Assembly (NCBI RefSeq): GCF_039654945.1
Contig: NW_027361808.1
Location: forward strand, 15,252,001 to 15,316,000
Length of the DNA stretch: 64,000 bases
Source: Dendrobates tinctorius
Taxonomy: Eukaryota
Reading direction: 5' to 3'
Shown here: in pieces, positions 39,102-51,894 of the stretch
How the letters are laid out: the number at the start of each line of letters is the position of its first letter
Numbering within the stretch: the stretch's first letter is position 1
The notes under the pieces: generated by a model
What the model was told of the DNA's origin: nothing
Databases searched by the model: none
What the model saw: the letters and a program-made list of their open reading frames with translations, nothing else
Made by a program: the position numbers and the translations under genes

Positions 39102-41771
39102 GTGCAACTTCAGTGAAAAATCTTTATCATCAGCCTCATAAAGAGACTTTTTCCAAGGAAGACAAAATCCCTGATAATGTAATTTCTTCTGAATCTTTGG
39201 AAGAAGATATTGATCACTCTTTCCCTAAGAAGACTGCTAGGGAACATGAGGATAATATTCACTCAACTGAAGTAACTGATGACATTGAAACCACAACAAC
39301 AATCATAAAAATTTCCACACCAATCCCAAGAAAACAATTTCAACCAACGTTAAATAATCGATTTAATCCAAACATTGGCAAAAGACCAATTAGACCAAAT
39401 TCATTAAACGTTGGACGCAGAATTATTGACCGTAAACCTGCACCACCACCTACAGCTGCAGTTGATGACAATGAAACTAAGGATTTAGAAATAGTTGAGT
39501 CAGATGATCATGACACAAGAAAAGATAAATATACATCAAGCACTGGCGAAGAAATAGTTAATGAAGGCAAAGAGAGTCTGAATGTAGATGCACAGAGAAG
39601 AACTAGTTTAAATGTTGATGGCATGCATGATTTAGAAAAAGGTAAAACAACATTACCAATATCTCATACAGCAAGGAAAGCATCTATTAATACTAGAAGA
39701 AATAAGTCTTCTGTCAGCCCAGGGACTAGTAAACTATCAAAATTGTCTACAAATGAGAAGCCTTTGGTTACCCAGGTAATAGTGGATGAAAAGGAAAGAG
39801 GCGAAAGTGAAAGTGATCAGAAATCTATTTCTGTTGGGCAAACACAGTCTAGTTTATTTCCATCTCCTAAAGTTGATACCAGACAAGCACATTCTTCTAT
39901 CCATGAGAATAAAGGCAATAAATTCTCTGCACACGATTCTCTAAATTCAGACCGTTATGATAATAAAGGCAGAAGAAACTCAGATACAGAATTGCTTGAT
40001 TTTAATACTAAAACTGTTAATGGTCATCGTTCCTCAAAAATTTCTGATCACAAAACTAGAAAACCAACAATAATAAGAGGTGTTTCTTCAACCACTATTT
40101 CTCCCACTTCTGCCACAACCACCACTACTACCACTGCAACAACTACAACACTTGCAACTACAACTGATACTACAAGTTCTACTGAAGCACAATTGCCTAG
40201 TAAAATTAATAAACAGAACGTAGCAGTGACTAATAAAAAAGTAGAGTCTTCTAGTAAACAGCAACGCATCCCATCTTTTACTGGAAAATCAGCAATGTCT
40301 CTACTAGAATACTACAGAAGGAGAAGTTCTCAGGTGAAGACCAATGTTGGTAGTAAAATAATATCTAATGGGGGATCAAGGTTTCAGCCAATGACTACTA
40401 CTCAATCTACTACATCAGCTACAGTAATTACAACCACAACAGCTCCAAAGGCTGTAAGAAAAAATAATGAAGGAAAATATATAGATCGGCCTGCTAGGAA
40501 AGACGATCCTTACTTAGATTCATCTAAACTGCCTTCCAAATATTCTAAGTCTTCCCAAGAGATCGACATTAAAAAGTCAGAAGAAAGGCATTCATCAATT
40601 ACTTCTGCTGTTCAAATATCGAGGGCAGATGAAATGAAAGTATCTGCAACCTCCACACAAAATGCAGGAAGACATAGTATGCCAGTCAAAAATAACAATG
40701 TTGGTTTAAAATCTGAGCCTCCGCCACCAGTAATAACACCTAAAAAAAGTCCAATCCCATCTGTTGGCTCACATTCACATAGGGAAAAACCAAGTAATTC
40801 TCATAAGGAGCATCAAAACCATCCTAAAGAAAAAAAAAGCACTCCCAAAAAGCAAAGTTCAAGTTTAGATCTTCATTCAAAACCAACATCTGAATCAATC
40901 CTGGTTTCTGCATTTTACCAAAGTAAAAGAAATTTTGACTCAAAGAAAGGTTTTGAAAAAACAGGAAGTGATTCTTCTACATCTTTATCTAGTGACTCTT
41001 TCAACATAGAGAAGGACACTGACCAGGACAAAGTGTCTTCTTCAGACAGAGAGTCTCACTCTCTTTCTAGATCAATGCATATTTCAAATTCAAAACCAAT
41101 TTATAGGACACCTGGCAGTATGATGCAGGAGAATGAAAAGAAATCAAGCAATATTTCCCCTTCCAGAATAGATTTACCAATTAAACATGTTCCTGCATAT
41201 TCTGCAACATCTGATTTTTCAACTTTAGACACAAGAGATCTTCCTTCAAAACAGTCTTCATCTGGAAAAATGGAAAATCCCACATTACCTGCAAAGACAA
41301 GATTGTCGTCATACTCTAATGTCCGCTACCTTAAAAACAGAAATAAAAATGTTAATAGTAATAATAGCAAACAGTCTCTGGAAACATCTTTTACAAAATA
41401 TGATGATGAAGAGACATTAAGCCCTCCCCCCACCCTAAAAGAAAATCATCATAAGCCCTCCATTGTTTCTTCCTCTTATATAAACTCTAAGCGGTCTGCT
41501 TTAATAAGGAAAGCAACTACAACTGTCTCACCACCAACAAGTCAACCTCAAAGCACCACCAGGGCTTCACCATACCGCTTATTTCCATCAGTATCTAGGC
41601 AATCCCATTATGGCAGACCAATAGTACATAGAAGTACTGCCCCACCAACTACAACACCTGCACGTTCTGCTTTTCCAACCTACCATCCTGCATTGCTACG
41701 TCAAAGAATGCTGAATTCAAGATTAGGATCACCGTTACGAAGGCAATATACAAGGCCTTTCCAGAGACAAG
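39102..41771 (+). CDS. FNDC1: FNDC1 giant central exon (2,670 nt, 890 codons, phase 1 to 1), Ser/Thr/Lys-rich low-complexity region
   Basis: Uninterrupted ORF; acceptor TTCTTTTGTAG, donor GTATTA; C-terminal RQRM..R..SPLR..RP.RQG resembles the end of the large FNDC1 exon; frame matches neighbouring exons. Confidence 0.88.
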
Positions 41772-41924
41772 GTATTAAAAGCTTTCCTTCTCTGTAAATT
41801 ACCTACTACCAAACATATTCAAATGTCTTGCTGCATGACTTGCTGCATGTTAAAAGAGCACAAACTTGGAAACTAATTTTAAAACTAAGCAAGAAATAAG
41901 TTTGACTATATTCTTTGTTATTCA

Positions 41925-42545
41925 AACTGACACCCAAAAAGGAGAAGAGAACCATAAATATGACAAACAATTTTGTTTATTAAGCAGTAAAAATATTTAA
42001 AAGAGCTACCAATTATTTTCAACAAAACATATACCCCTTAGGGGCAGCATCAACTATAGCATATATAGATTTACAATATAGTCTTTGTATAATAATATCG
42101 CTCAATAAACATAAAAAATGTATGAGCACAATATTATAAGCACACCAATTATAGCAATAATAAGTGTATAATAAGAGGATGGCAAAAAGGAATCCAATTA
42201 AACCGAGCCACAACCATGCATGCTCACTATGTACCTCAATGTCATATACCTCCAATTATCCTGATCCATGCCCAATAAATAAGTGCTATACGCATGAGTA
42301 TACCCAAATATAATGGTGTGCTTACTTAAAATATAAGCAAGGATATGTGCCGTTTGTGATGCTGTCCCTGCGCCCCAACGCGCGTTTCGCCCGCTTGCTT
42401 CTTCCGGGGGCTATAGTTGATGCTGCCCCCCAGGGGTATATGTTTGGTTGAAAATAATTGGTAGCTCTTTTAAATATTTTTACTGCTTAATAAACAAAAT
42501 TGTTTGTCATATTTATGGTTCTCTTCTCCTTTTTGGGTGTCAGTT
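41925..42545 (-). mobile_element. Penelope-like pLTR remnant with 136-bp inverted arms and a hammerhead motif
   Basis: 41925-42060 is the near-perfect reverse complement of 42410-42545; minus-strand GCCCC-CGGAAGA-AGC..GC-GAAAC-GCGC-GTT-GGGGC at 42372-42410. Confidence 0.65.
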
Positions 42546-43052
42546 AGAATAGCTGCCTCCACTGTTTTTTGTGCAATTGTATGGAAGTGCCATTTTTTTC
42601 AATATTGTGGACATTTAGTGGATATATTCTTTGTTAGTCTTTTTCAATATCTTGTAGAGATCACAAGGGTTAACTTTCTCCTAATAAATTCCATTTTCCA
42701 CTGGCAAATTGTGTTTTTTTAATGCAAATTTAAAGCTTTGTTTTACAGTACCAGAAAAAGCTATGAAATTTACTGCAGCATGTCACTTCTTTCATCATTT
42801 TTGCAACGTTTTCTCTCCCATAGAAAGCAATGAGAAAGTGCAAAAGCACAGGCATCAGGTTTTGTTGCATTATTGATCCAGAAAACTCAGGAACAACTGT
42901 ATCAGCATGCACAAGAGACAAATAAACGCACCAAAAGCAAAGCAAAAAATGTAGCAAGTCTACTTTCTTTAAGCAGAATCTTTACTGTGAAGAGAGCAGG
43001 TTTTGTCTACAGTTGAAAACGCAGCAAAAATGCATTGTTTGAACATTGCCTA

Positions 43053-44523
43053 AAGGAAACCTATCAGCAGGATTTTGTACTCCATACTAATATCACATAT
43101 GTTAAGTTGCTGTAATGCTAAATTGAGCCATACTTTTGTTTTAGCAATCCATATTTCCTTTTTAGAGAAATGCCTTCTGCAATTTTTATGCTAATGAGCC
43201 AGAAGTGCAGGGGGCTTGGTTTTGCCATTGCATCTCTCCGTCCTCTTTCCATGTCTATTACCAGCCTTCTGCCACTCCTAGTGCTTCAGTAAGACTTTGC
43301 AAAAGCTGAACTATCGATCTGCACATGCATAGGAATGATGGTGCTTACGTGAGATGTTGGAATGAGGAGCAGGTCACTGAAGATTGACTTGTCAGATCGG
43401 CAGTGAATGGGGAAAGAGGAATAGAGATGTAATGCAGTAGCATAAAAATAGGACAAAAGATTTCTCTGAAATGAAAATGTGGATGGCTAAAGCAAAGTTC
43501 TGAACTTATTCAGCATTGCAATGACTTAACCCGTTCACATGTGCCATACATGTACTGCGCAAGTCATGTCTCTCTCTTCCCAGCACATGTTAGCTGTTTT
43601 GAATAGCTGACATGTGCCCGACACAGTCGCGGGTGGACTCACGATCCATTGGCGGCTGTTAATCTATTAAATGCCACTGTCACGCTGCCGGAAGTGCGTC
43701 ACTAATCCCGCCCATGTCACATCACCATGGGTTGTCGATGGGTTGGCATGACAACCCAAGTCTGAAGCAGACCCTTGTGGTTGTCATTGCAGAATTGCTA
43801 TGAGTGCCGCCAAGCAGTCGGCGCTCAGAGCAAGTGAGCATTTCTGCTACACACAAGCGATCTGATCATCGCCTGTGTGTAGCAGAAGAGATAGGATTAT
43901 CACAACTTCTAGTCTCCCATGTAAACTATTGAAGCAAGTGAAAAGTAAAAAAAGGGGTTAAAAATATTTAAAAAAAAAAAAAAAGATCAAATCACCCACC
44001 ATTTGCCCCATTCAAAATAAAACAATTAAAAAAAATCAAACATAGACATATTTGGTAGCGCCACGTTTAGAATCGCCTGATCTTTCAAGAAATAAAAAAT
44101 ATTAATCCAATCGGTAAACTCAAATAAAAAACAACCTAGACATGTTTGGTATCTACGAACTCGTAATGACATGGAGAATCATAATGGCAGGTCAGTTTTA
44201 GCATTTGGTGAATATGGTAAAAGCAATCCAAAAAACACATGTTGAATTGCACTTTTTTGCAATTTCACCGCACTTGGAATTTTTTTACCCGTTTTCAAGT
44301 AAATAACATGGTAAAACCAATGGTGTCGTTCAAAAGTACAAATTGTCCCACAAAGAAAATAAGTCCTCACATGGCCATACAATATTTATGGAAAAATAAG
44401 TTATCGCCCTGGGAAAAGGGGAGAGAAAGACAGAAACGCAAAAATGAAAAAGGGCTGTGGTGTGAAGGGATTAATATAGATTATATAAATTTGGAGTCCA
44501 AACACCTGCTGACAGGTTACCTT
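43053..44523. mobile_element. Kolobok/T2-like MITE hosting a piggyBac-like insert
   Basis: Termini AAGGAAACCTATCAGCAGG / CCTGCTGACAGGTTACCTT. Confidence 0.55.
43530..44470 (+). mobile_element. Non-autonomous piggyBac-like element
   Basis: TTAA TSD (43526-43529 and 44471-44474); termini CCCGTTCAC / GTGAAGGGA; body resembles 47876-49200. Confidence 0.7.
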
Positions 44524-45043
44524 CAGTATTCTCTATCACCTACTGCAAACATTTGTAGGGGTAAGTGTCCATCCGCAGCCAGTAGTCTTGTAGCCACACA
44601 CACAGTTTTGTGAAAGAGAAGGGCAATTAACTGCTTTCCTGCGATACCTGAAGAATTTGTATCTCAATTAGCAAAACAAGATAGAATATAATCAAAGCAG
44701 AAAAGGAACAAAGCGACAAATTGCAATTATTTTTTTGTGCATGTATTTGTTAAGTTGATAAACCTTTTAGCAGTAGTACATTATTGGTGGAAGAAATATT
44801 TTAGAAATAATGCTTTCTCTTAGGATAGTTATCAATTTTAATAGGTAGAATTTTATTTGCATCTGTCCATCTTTTTTTAAATCCTTTTTTTAATTTTTTA
44901 AATAGAATATTACAAATTTATTTTGCCTACATCTGGTAATTGCGTCATAGGGATTTTATTGATGTTAGGGAGGTTGAGAGTTGAATAATCAAATATCATG
45001 ACTATATAGTCTATAAACACAGTATATTTTATGTAATTTCTAG

Positions 45044-45162
45044 GTAATAATGGAACTCCCAATCTGTCATCAAGATTTAATTCCAATGGGAACACACCAT
45101 CATCAAACACTGGAAGCATTAATGGACAGAGAATGATTTATGGACCAGAAGGAACAAAGTGG
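45044..45162 (+). CDS. FNDC1: FNDC1 coding exon (phase 1 to 0, 119 nt)
   Basis: (G)NNGTPNLSSRFNSNGNTPSSNTGSINGQRMIYGPEGTKW matches remembered FNDC1 NGQR...GP.GTKW; acceptor TTTCTAG, donor GTAGGC. The next exon was not found in the window. Confidence 0.85.
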
Positions 45163-46391
45163 GTAGGGCAACCTTCTTTATATTCAATTTTGTTTTTACT
45201 ATTGAGACTTAATTTTAACATGTCTAAATGAATGACTAATATTGTCTAGAATATTTTAAGTGGTCTGTGGCCATTAGTTTTATTTTGCTGACCACTCATG
45301 GCATATATTCATCACAGTATCAATTCGTTTCTAGAGATAAGCATATCATTTGAAATTTGAATTTGCCAGGTTCACCAAAATTTTTCAGAATTTTTGTATC
45401 AAATCAATTTGTGGCAAATCACAAGTGTTTCATTTGCCCTGAAAACACATGTATAACAGTCTGAGAGCTACTTTACTATGACTGTATCCAACATATTTCA
45501 AGCACTTTAACACAAACACATGGTAGACAGTTAGTATGCGTCCTTCCCTGCTGTGCAGTCACACACTATTTGTAATGTTTATTCAATGTTTTATGGTTTC
45601 CTTTCCCTATAATTATTGATGAGCTGTGAATTGTTACATCCTTTCTCTATCCAGATTTACCCCAAAATAGCTGCTGCGTTTCCTGCTTATGCTTTTATAC
45701 AGGCCATGAAAATTCTTCCTGATTGGCTGTGCTATACAATGCAATGTCATAGCTGATAATCATTGTATGGAGGTCATGTGAGACTTCTCTGGCAGATGTA
45801 ATCTTTTGTGTGTGTAAAATGGTGGCAGGCATTTTAGGCAATTCATGCAAATTGAATAGCAAATTGTTCAAATTCACTGGATTGAGCAAATTCTAAAATA
45901 TGTGCACCAATTTGATTTGCATCAAATGTATGCACTCATTTCCAGTATTTTATGATAAAAATGGTTCAGTGATGCCTACAGCATTAGTAATTACTTTCTA
46001 ACTTTTTCTAGAACAAGATAAATGCCTTTAAATCTTATATCTTTTAGAATTTTCAATAATTGAAGTGTAGTGTTTACATGTAAAAATATTATAGTGTCGT
46101 ACTGGAGTAGTTTGAGAAAATTAGTCTTGGGGCCCAACATGCTTACGGGGTACTAGCTGAAGAGTCTTCCCTTAGCTTCCATATAGTCAAGCTGATAATC
46201 AGGGAATAGTTTCCAACTATATACCTGTTCAACCAATTACCTGACAAACCAGCAAAACGCTCATTTGTTGGGTGCAATGATTATTATGCTTGATTTAAAA
46301 ACATCCTTATTGGCAGCAGATAATTTTGTGTGAACAAAACAAGTGCGGTCGAAAACAATTTTATTCCATAAGCAGAGAAAGATTGTATTAA

Positions 46392-46939
46392 TTAGACATG
46401 TGCCACATACACACACTAGACATATGACACATACACACCAGTCACACGCTAGACATAGGACACATACACACCAGTCACATGCTAGACACAGGACACATAC
46501 ACACCAGTCACACGCTAGACACTGGACACATACACACCAGTCACATGCTAGTCACAGGATACATACACACTAGACACAGGATACATAAACACTAGTCACA
46601 TGCTAGACACAGGATACATACACACTAGACACAGGATATATACACCCCAGTCACACACTCGACACAAGATACATACACACCAGTCACATGCTAGACATAG
46701 GATACATACACACCAGTCACACGCTAGACACAGGATACATACCCACCAGCCACATGCTAGACACAGGATACATACACACCAGTCACACGCTAGACACAGA
46801 ATAAATCACACCAGTCAAACGCTAGACACAGCATACATACACACCAGTCACATGATAGACACAGGATACATACACACCAGTCACACGCTAGACACAGGAC
46901 ACATACAAAATCAGTCACATGCTAATCACAGGATATATA
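46392..46939. repeat. 33-bp minisatellite (resumes briefly at 47478-47540)
   Basis: Unit ACACAGGATACATACACACCAGTCACA(C/T)GCTAG, about 16 copies. Confidence 0.9.
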
Positions 46940-47478
46940 CACTACCGTTCAAAAGTTTGGGGTCACCCAGGCAATTTTGTGTTTTCCATGAAAACTCATA
47001 CTTTCATTAATCAAATGAGTTGCCAAATGAATTTAAAATCTAGTCCAGACATTGACAAGGTTAAAAAAAAAAGATTTTTTATTTGAAATAATAATTTTCT
47101 CCTTCAAACTTTGCTTTCGATAAAGAATGCTCCCTTTGCAGCAATTACAGCATTGCAGACCTTTGGCATTCTCGCAGTTAATTTTCTGAGGTAATCTGGA
47201 GAAATTTCACCCCATGCTTCCAGAAGCCTCTCCCACAAGTTGGTTTGGCTTGATGGGCACTTTTTATGTACCATACGGTCAAGGTGCTACCACAACAGCT
47301 CAATGGGGTTGAGATCTTGTGACTGCGGTGGCCACTCTATTACGGATAGAATACCAGCTGCCTGCTTCTTCCCTAAATAGTTCTTGCATAATTTGGAGGT
47401 GTGCGTTGGGTCATTGTTCTGTTGTAGGATGAAATTGGCTCCAATCAAGCGCTGTCCACAGGGTATGGCATGGCGTTG
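46940..47478 (-). mobile_element. One-ended Tc1 fragment inside the minisatellite
   Basis: TA followed by CACTACCGTTCAAAAGTTTGGGGTCAC; transposase 3' remnant (DNDP, PQSQDLNPIE-like) on the minus strand. Confidence 0.7.
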
Positions 47479-49303
47479 CTAGACACAGGATACATGCACA
47501 CCAGTCACATGCTAGACACATGACTTACACACACTTGACACAGAATTAGAAATTAGTGGACCCCTGGATATTCGGGTCCGGCAGGTTCATTTGAACAGTT
47601 AAAAAAAAGTTTGATTTTGGGTACCAGAACAGTACCCGGACCCCTTTCACTTGAATGGGAGAACCCGAACTTCCATTGTTTGCCACACTGTCATGTGCAT
47701 GACAGTCTTATAACCAAACCTCCAAAATAACAGAAGGAAAAGGAATTTATAAAATAATCATTTTTATTCAATTTTCAAAAAAATTCCCAAAAAATACAAA
47801 ACTAACAAAACTAATATACCGGATGCCTCGCGTCATAGAGACATGCAATCTCACTGCTCACTGTTGGGTAATTAACCCCTTTCCTACATTGGACGTAGTA
47901 TTCCATCCATATGACCTGGGACCGAAGTCCCAAGGAGTGAATAGTATGTTCAGCGCGATCAGCGGCGCTCACGGGGGAGTGCCACTGATCGCGGCCGGGT
48001 GTCAGCTGATTATCACAGCTCACACCCGGCACTATGTGTCAGGGTCGTCACGGACCGCCCCCGGCACATTAACCCTTGGCACACTGTGATCAAACATGAC
48101 TGCAGTGTACGGGGGGAATAGGAGAGAAGCACGCAGGGAGGGGGCTCCGTCCGTGCTTCCCTGCGACCCCCGGAGCAGCGCAATCTGCTGCTTTGCTATG
48201 AGGGTCCTCCTCCCTGCAGGCCCCCGGATCCAATATGGCCTTCGGGGGCCTTCGGGGGCCTGCAGAGAGGCGGCTTCCACAGTGCCTGCTGAGAGCAGGC
48301 ACGAGGAAGCCTGCAGCAGTGCCTGTCAGATCGCTGATCTGACACAGCGCTGTGTGAAGTGTCAGATCAGCGATCAGACACTAGATAGTGATGTCCCCCC
48401 CGGGACAATGTAATAAAGTGAAAAAAAACCACACTTGTAAAAATAATTTATAAAAAATCTCCAAATAAATTAAAAAAAATAAATTTCCCAATAAATTCAT
48501 TTTTTTGTGAATAAAAAAAAGATAAAAATGCACATATTTAGTATCGCCACGTCCGTAACGACCCAGCCTATAAAACTGCCCCACTAGTTAGCCCCTTTAG
48601 CTAACCCCTTAAAAAAAGAAGCAAAAACAATGCTTTATCATCATACCACCGAACAAAAAGTTCAATAATACGAGATCAAAAAGATGAATATAAATAACCA
48701 TGGTACCGCTGAAAACGTCATCTTGTCCCTCAAAAAATTAGCCACCATACAGTGTCATCGCCAAAAAATAAAAAAAGTTATAGTTCACAGAATAAAGCGA
48801 TGCAAAAATTATTATCTTTTATATAAAATGGCTTTCATTGCATAAAAGCGCCAAACATTAAAGAAAGACATAAATGAGGTATCCCTGTAATCGTAATGAC
48901 CCGAAGAATAAAACCGCTTTATCAATTTTACCACACACAGAACAGTGTAAACGCATCCCCCAAAAGAAATTCATGAAATGCTGGTTTTTGTTCATTCTGG
49001 GTCCCAAAAATCAAAATAAAAAGCGATCAAAAAATGAAACATACCAGAAAATGGTACCAATAAAAACATCAACTCTTCCCGCAAAAACTATGACCTCACA
49101 TGACTCTGTGGGTCAAAATATGGAAAAATTATAGCTCTCAAAATGTGGTGATGCAAAAACTAGTTTTACAATAAAAAGCGTCTTAAAAATAGTAAATCAA
49201 ACCCCCCTTTATCACCCCCCTAGTTAGGAAAAAATAATAAAATTTTAAAAAATATATATTTATTTCCATTTTCCCGTTAGGGCTAGGGCGAGGGTTAGGA
49301 TAA

Positions 49304-49668
49304 GGCTGTGTGTACATGATGCAGATTCTGCTGTGGATTTTTCTGCGCAGATTTGGCTAAATCCGCAGGTCAAATGACCTGTGTTTTACCTTCGGATTTG
49401 GTGCGGATTACCTGCAGTTTTCCCCTGCGTTTTGACACCTGGTAATGGAGTAGGTGTCAAACTGCTGTGGATTCCTCACAAAGAAGTGACATGCTGAGGA
49501 TTTAAATCCGCAGCAAATCCACACGGAAAAATCCGCAGCATGTGCATTGCGTTTTTCATTTGCCATTGAATATAAAGATACTGTACAATGCAGCAGAAAC
49601 TGCTGCAGATCTGCAGGGCCAAATCCGCTGTGGATCCGTAGCAGAATCCGCAACGTGTGCACACACCC
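49304..49668. mobile_element. Harbinger-like MITE inserted in a degenerate TTAGGG tract
   Basis: TIRs GGCTGTGTGTACA / TGTGCACACACCC; flanks TAA and TTA. Confidence 0.75.
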
Positions 49669-50278
49669 TTAGGGTTAGGGCTAGGGCTGAGATTCGGGTT
49701 AGGGGTGTGTTGGGGTTAGGGTTGTAGTTACTATTGCGGGGTTTCCACTGTTTGGGCACATCAAGAGGTCTCCAAACGCAACATGGCGTCTGAACTCAAT
49801 TCCAGCCAATTCTGCGTTCAAAAAGTCAACCGGTGCTCCTTCCCTTCCAAGCTCTGCCATGTGCCCAAACAGTGGTTTACCCTCACATATGGGGTATCAG
49901 TCTACTCAGGACAAATTGCACAACAAATTTTGGGGTCCAATTTCTCCTGTTAAACTTGGGAAAATAAAAAATTGGGGGCAAAAATATCATTTTTGTGGAT
50001 AAAAATATGATTTTTATGGCCCTGCGTTATAAACTTCTGTGAAGCACTTGGAGGTTAAAAGTGCTTACCACACATCTAGATAAGTTTCTTGGGGGGTCTA
50101 GTTTCCAAAATGGTGCCACATGTGGGGGGTTTCCACAGTTAAGGCACATCAGGGGCTCTCCAAAGGCAACATGACACCCGCAGACCATTCCATCAAAGTC
50201 TGCATTCCAAAGCGTCACTACTTCCCTTCCGAGCCCCGACATGTGCCCAACCAGTAGTTTTCTCCCACATATGGGATA

Positions 50279-51894
50279 CAGTCATATGTAAAAGTTTGGG
50301 CACCCCTATTAATGTTAACCTTTTTTCTTTATAACAATTTTGGTTTTTGCAACAGGTATTTCAGTTTCATATATCTAATAACTGATGGACTCAGTTATAT
50401 TTCTGGATTCAAATGAGGTTTATTGTACTAACAGAAAATGTGCAATCTGCATTTAAACAAAATTTGACCGGTGCAAAAGTATGGGCACCCTTATCATTTT
50501 CTTGATTTGAACACTCCTAACTACTTTTTACTGACTTCCTGAAACACTAAATTGGTTTTGTAACCTCATTGAGCTTTGAACTTCCTAGCCAGGTGTATCA
50601 AATCATGAGAAAAGGTATTTAAAGTGGTCACTTGCAAGTAGTTCTCCTATTTGATTCTCCTATGAAGAGTGGCATCATGGGCTCCTCAAAACAACTCTCA
50701 AATGATCTGAAAACAAAGATTATTCAACATAGTTTTTCAGGGGAAGGATACAAAAAGTTGTCTCAGAGATTTAACCTGTCAGTTTCCACTGTGAGGAACA
50801 TAGTAAGGAAATGGAAGAACACAGGTACAGTTCTTGTTAAGCCCAGAAGTGGCAGGCCAAGAAAAATATCAGAAAGGCAGAGAAGAAGAATGGTGAGAAC
50901 AGTCAAGGACAATCCACAGACCACCTCCAAAGACCTGCAGCATCATCTTGCTGCAGATGGTGTCACTGTGCATCGGTCAACAATACAGCGCATGCATAAC
51001 GCCTTTTTGTATGACCAAACAACTCAATCTTTGTTTCATCAGTCCACAAGACCTTCTTCCAAAATGTAACTGGCTTTTCCAAATGTGCTTTTGCATACCT
51101 CAGGCGACTCTGTTTGTGGCGTGCTTGCAGAAACGGCTTCTTTCGCATCACTCTCCCATACAGCTTCTCCTTGTGCAAAGTGCGCTGTATTGTTGACCGA
51201 TGCACAGTGACACCATCTGCAGCAAGATGATGCTGCAGGTCTTTGGAGGTGGTCTGTGGATTGTCCTTGACTGTTCTCACCATTCTTCTTCTCTGCCTTT
51301 CTGATATTTTTCTTGGCCTGCCACTTCTGGGCTTAACAAGAACTGTACCTGTGTTCTTCCATTTCATTACTATGTTCCTCACAGTGGAAACTGACAGGTT
51401 AAATCTCTGAGACAACTTTTTGTATCCTTCCCCTGAAAAGCTATGTTGAATAATCTTTGTTTTCAGATCATTTGAGAGTTGTTTTGAGGAGCCCATGATG
51501 CCACTCTTCATAGGAGAATCAAATAGGAGAACTACTTGCAAGTGGCCACTTTAAATACCTTTTCTCATGATTTGATACACCTGGCTATGAAGTTCAAAGC
51601 TCAATGAGGTTACAAAACCAATTTAGTGCTTCAGGAAGTCAGTAAAAAGTAGTTAGGAGTGTTCAAATCAAGAAAATGATAAGGGTGCCCATACTTTTGC
51701 ACCGGTCAAATTTTGTTTAAATGCAGATTGCACATTTTCTGTTAGTACAATAAACCTCATTTGAATCCAGAAATATAACTGAGTCCATCAGTTATTAGAT
51801 ATATGAAACTGAAATACCTGTTGCAAAAACCAAAATTGTTATAAAGAAAAAAGGTTAACATTAATAGGGGTGCCCAAACTTTTACATATGACTG
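50279..51894. mobile_element. Fold-back Tc1 element made of two inverted 5' halves (714-bp arms)
   Basis: TA TSD; CAGTCATATGTAAAAGTTTGGGCACCCC at both ends; convergent truncated transposase ORFs MGSSKQLS... at 50677 (+) and 51496 (-). Confidence 0.9.

Noticed and set aside
39113-41797. Stand-alone 894-aa novel gene
   Set aside because: Starts at GTG just inside a splice acceptor and is phase-compatible with FNDC1 exons on both sides.
46343-47010. His-rich ORFs (HTHQSHARHRI repeats) suggesting a metal-binding peptide
   Set aside because: Translation of a 33-bp minisatellite; no splice or start context, and it runs into a Tc1 end.
46392-47540. CRISPR-like repeat array
   Set aside because: Head-to-tail repeats without unique spacers, no cas genes, eukaryotic intron.
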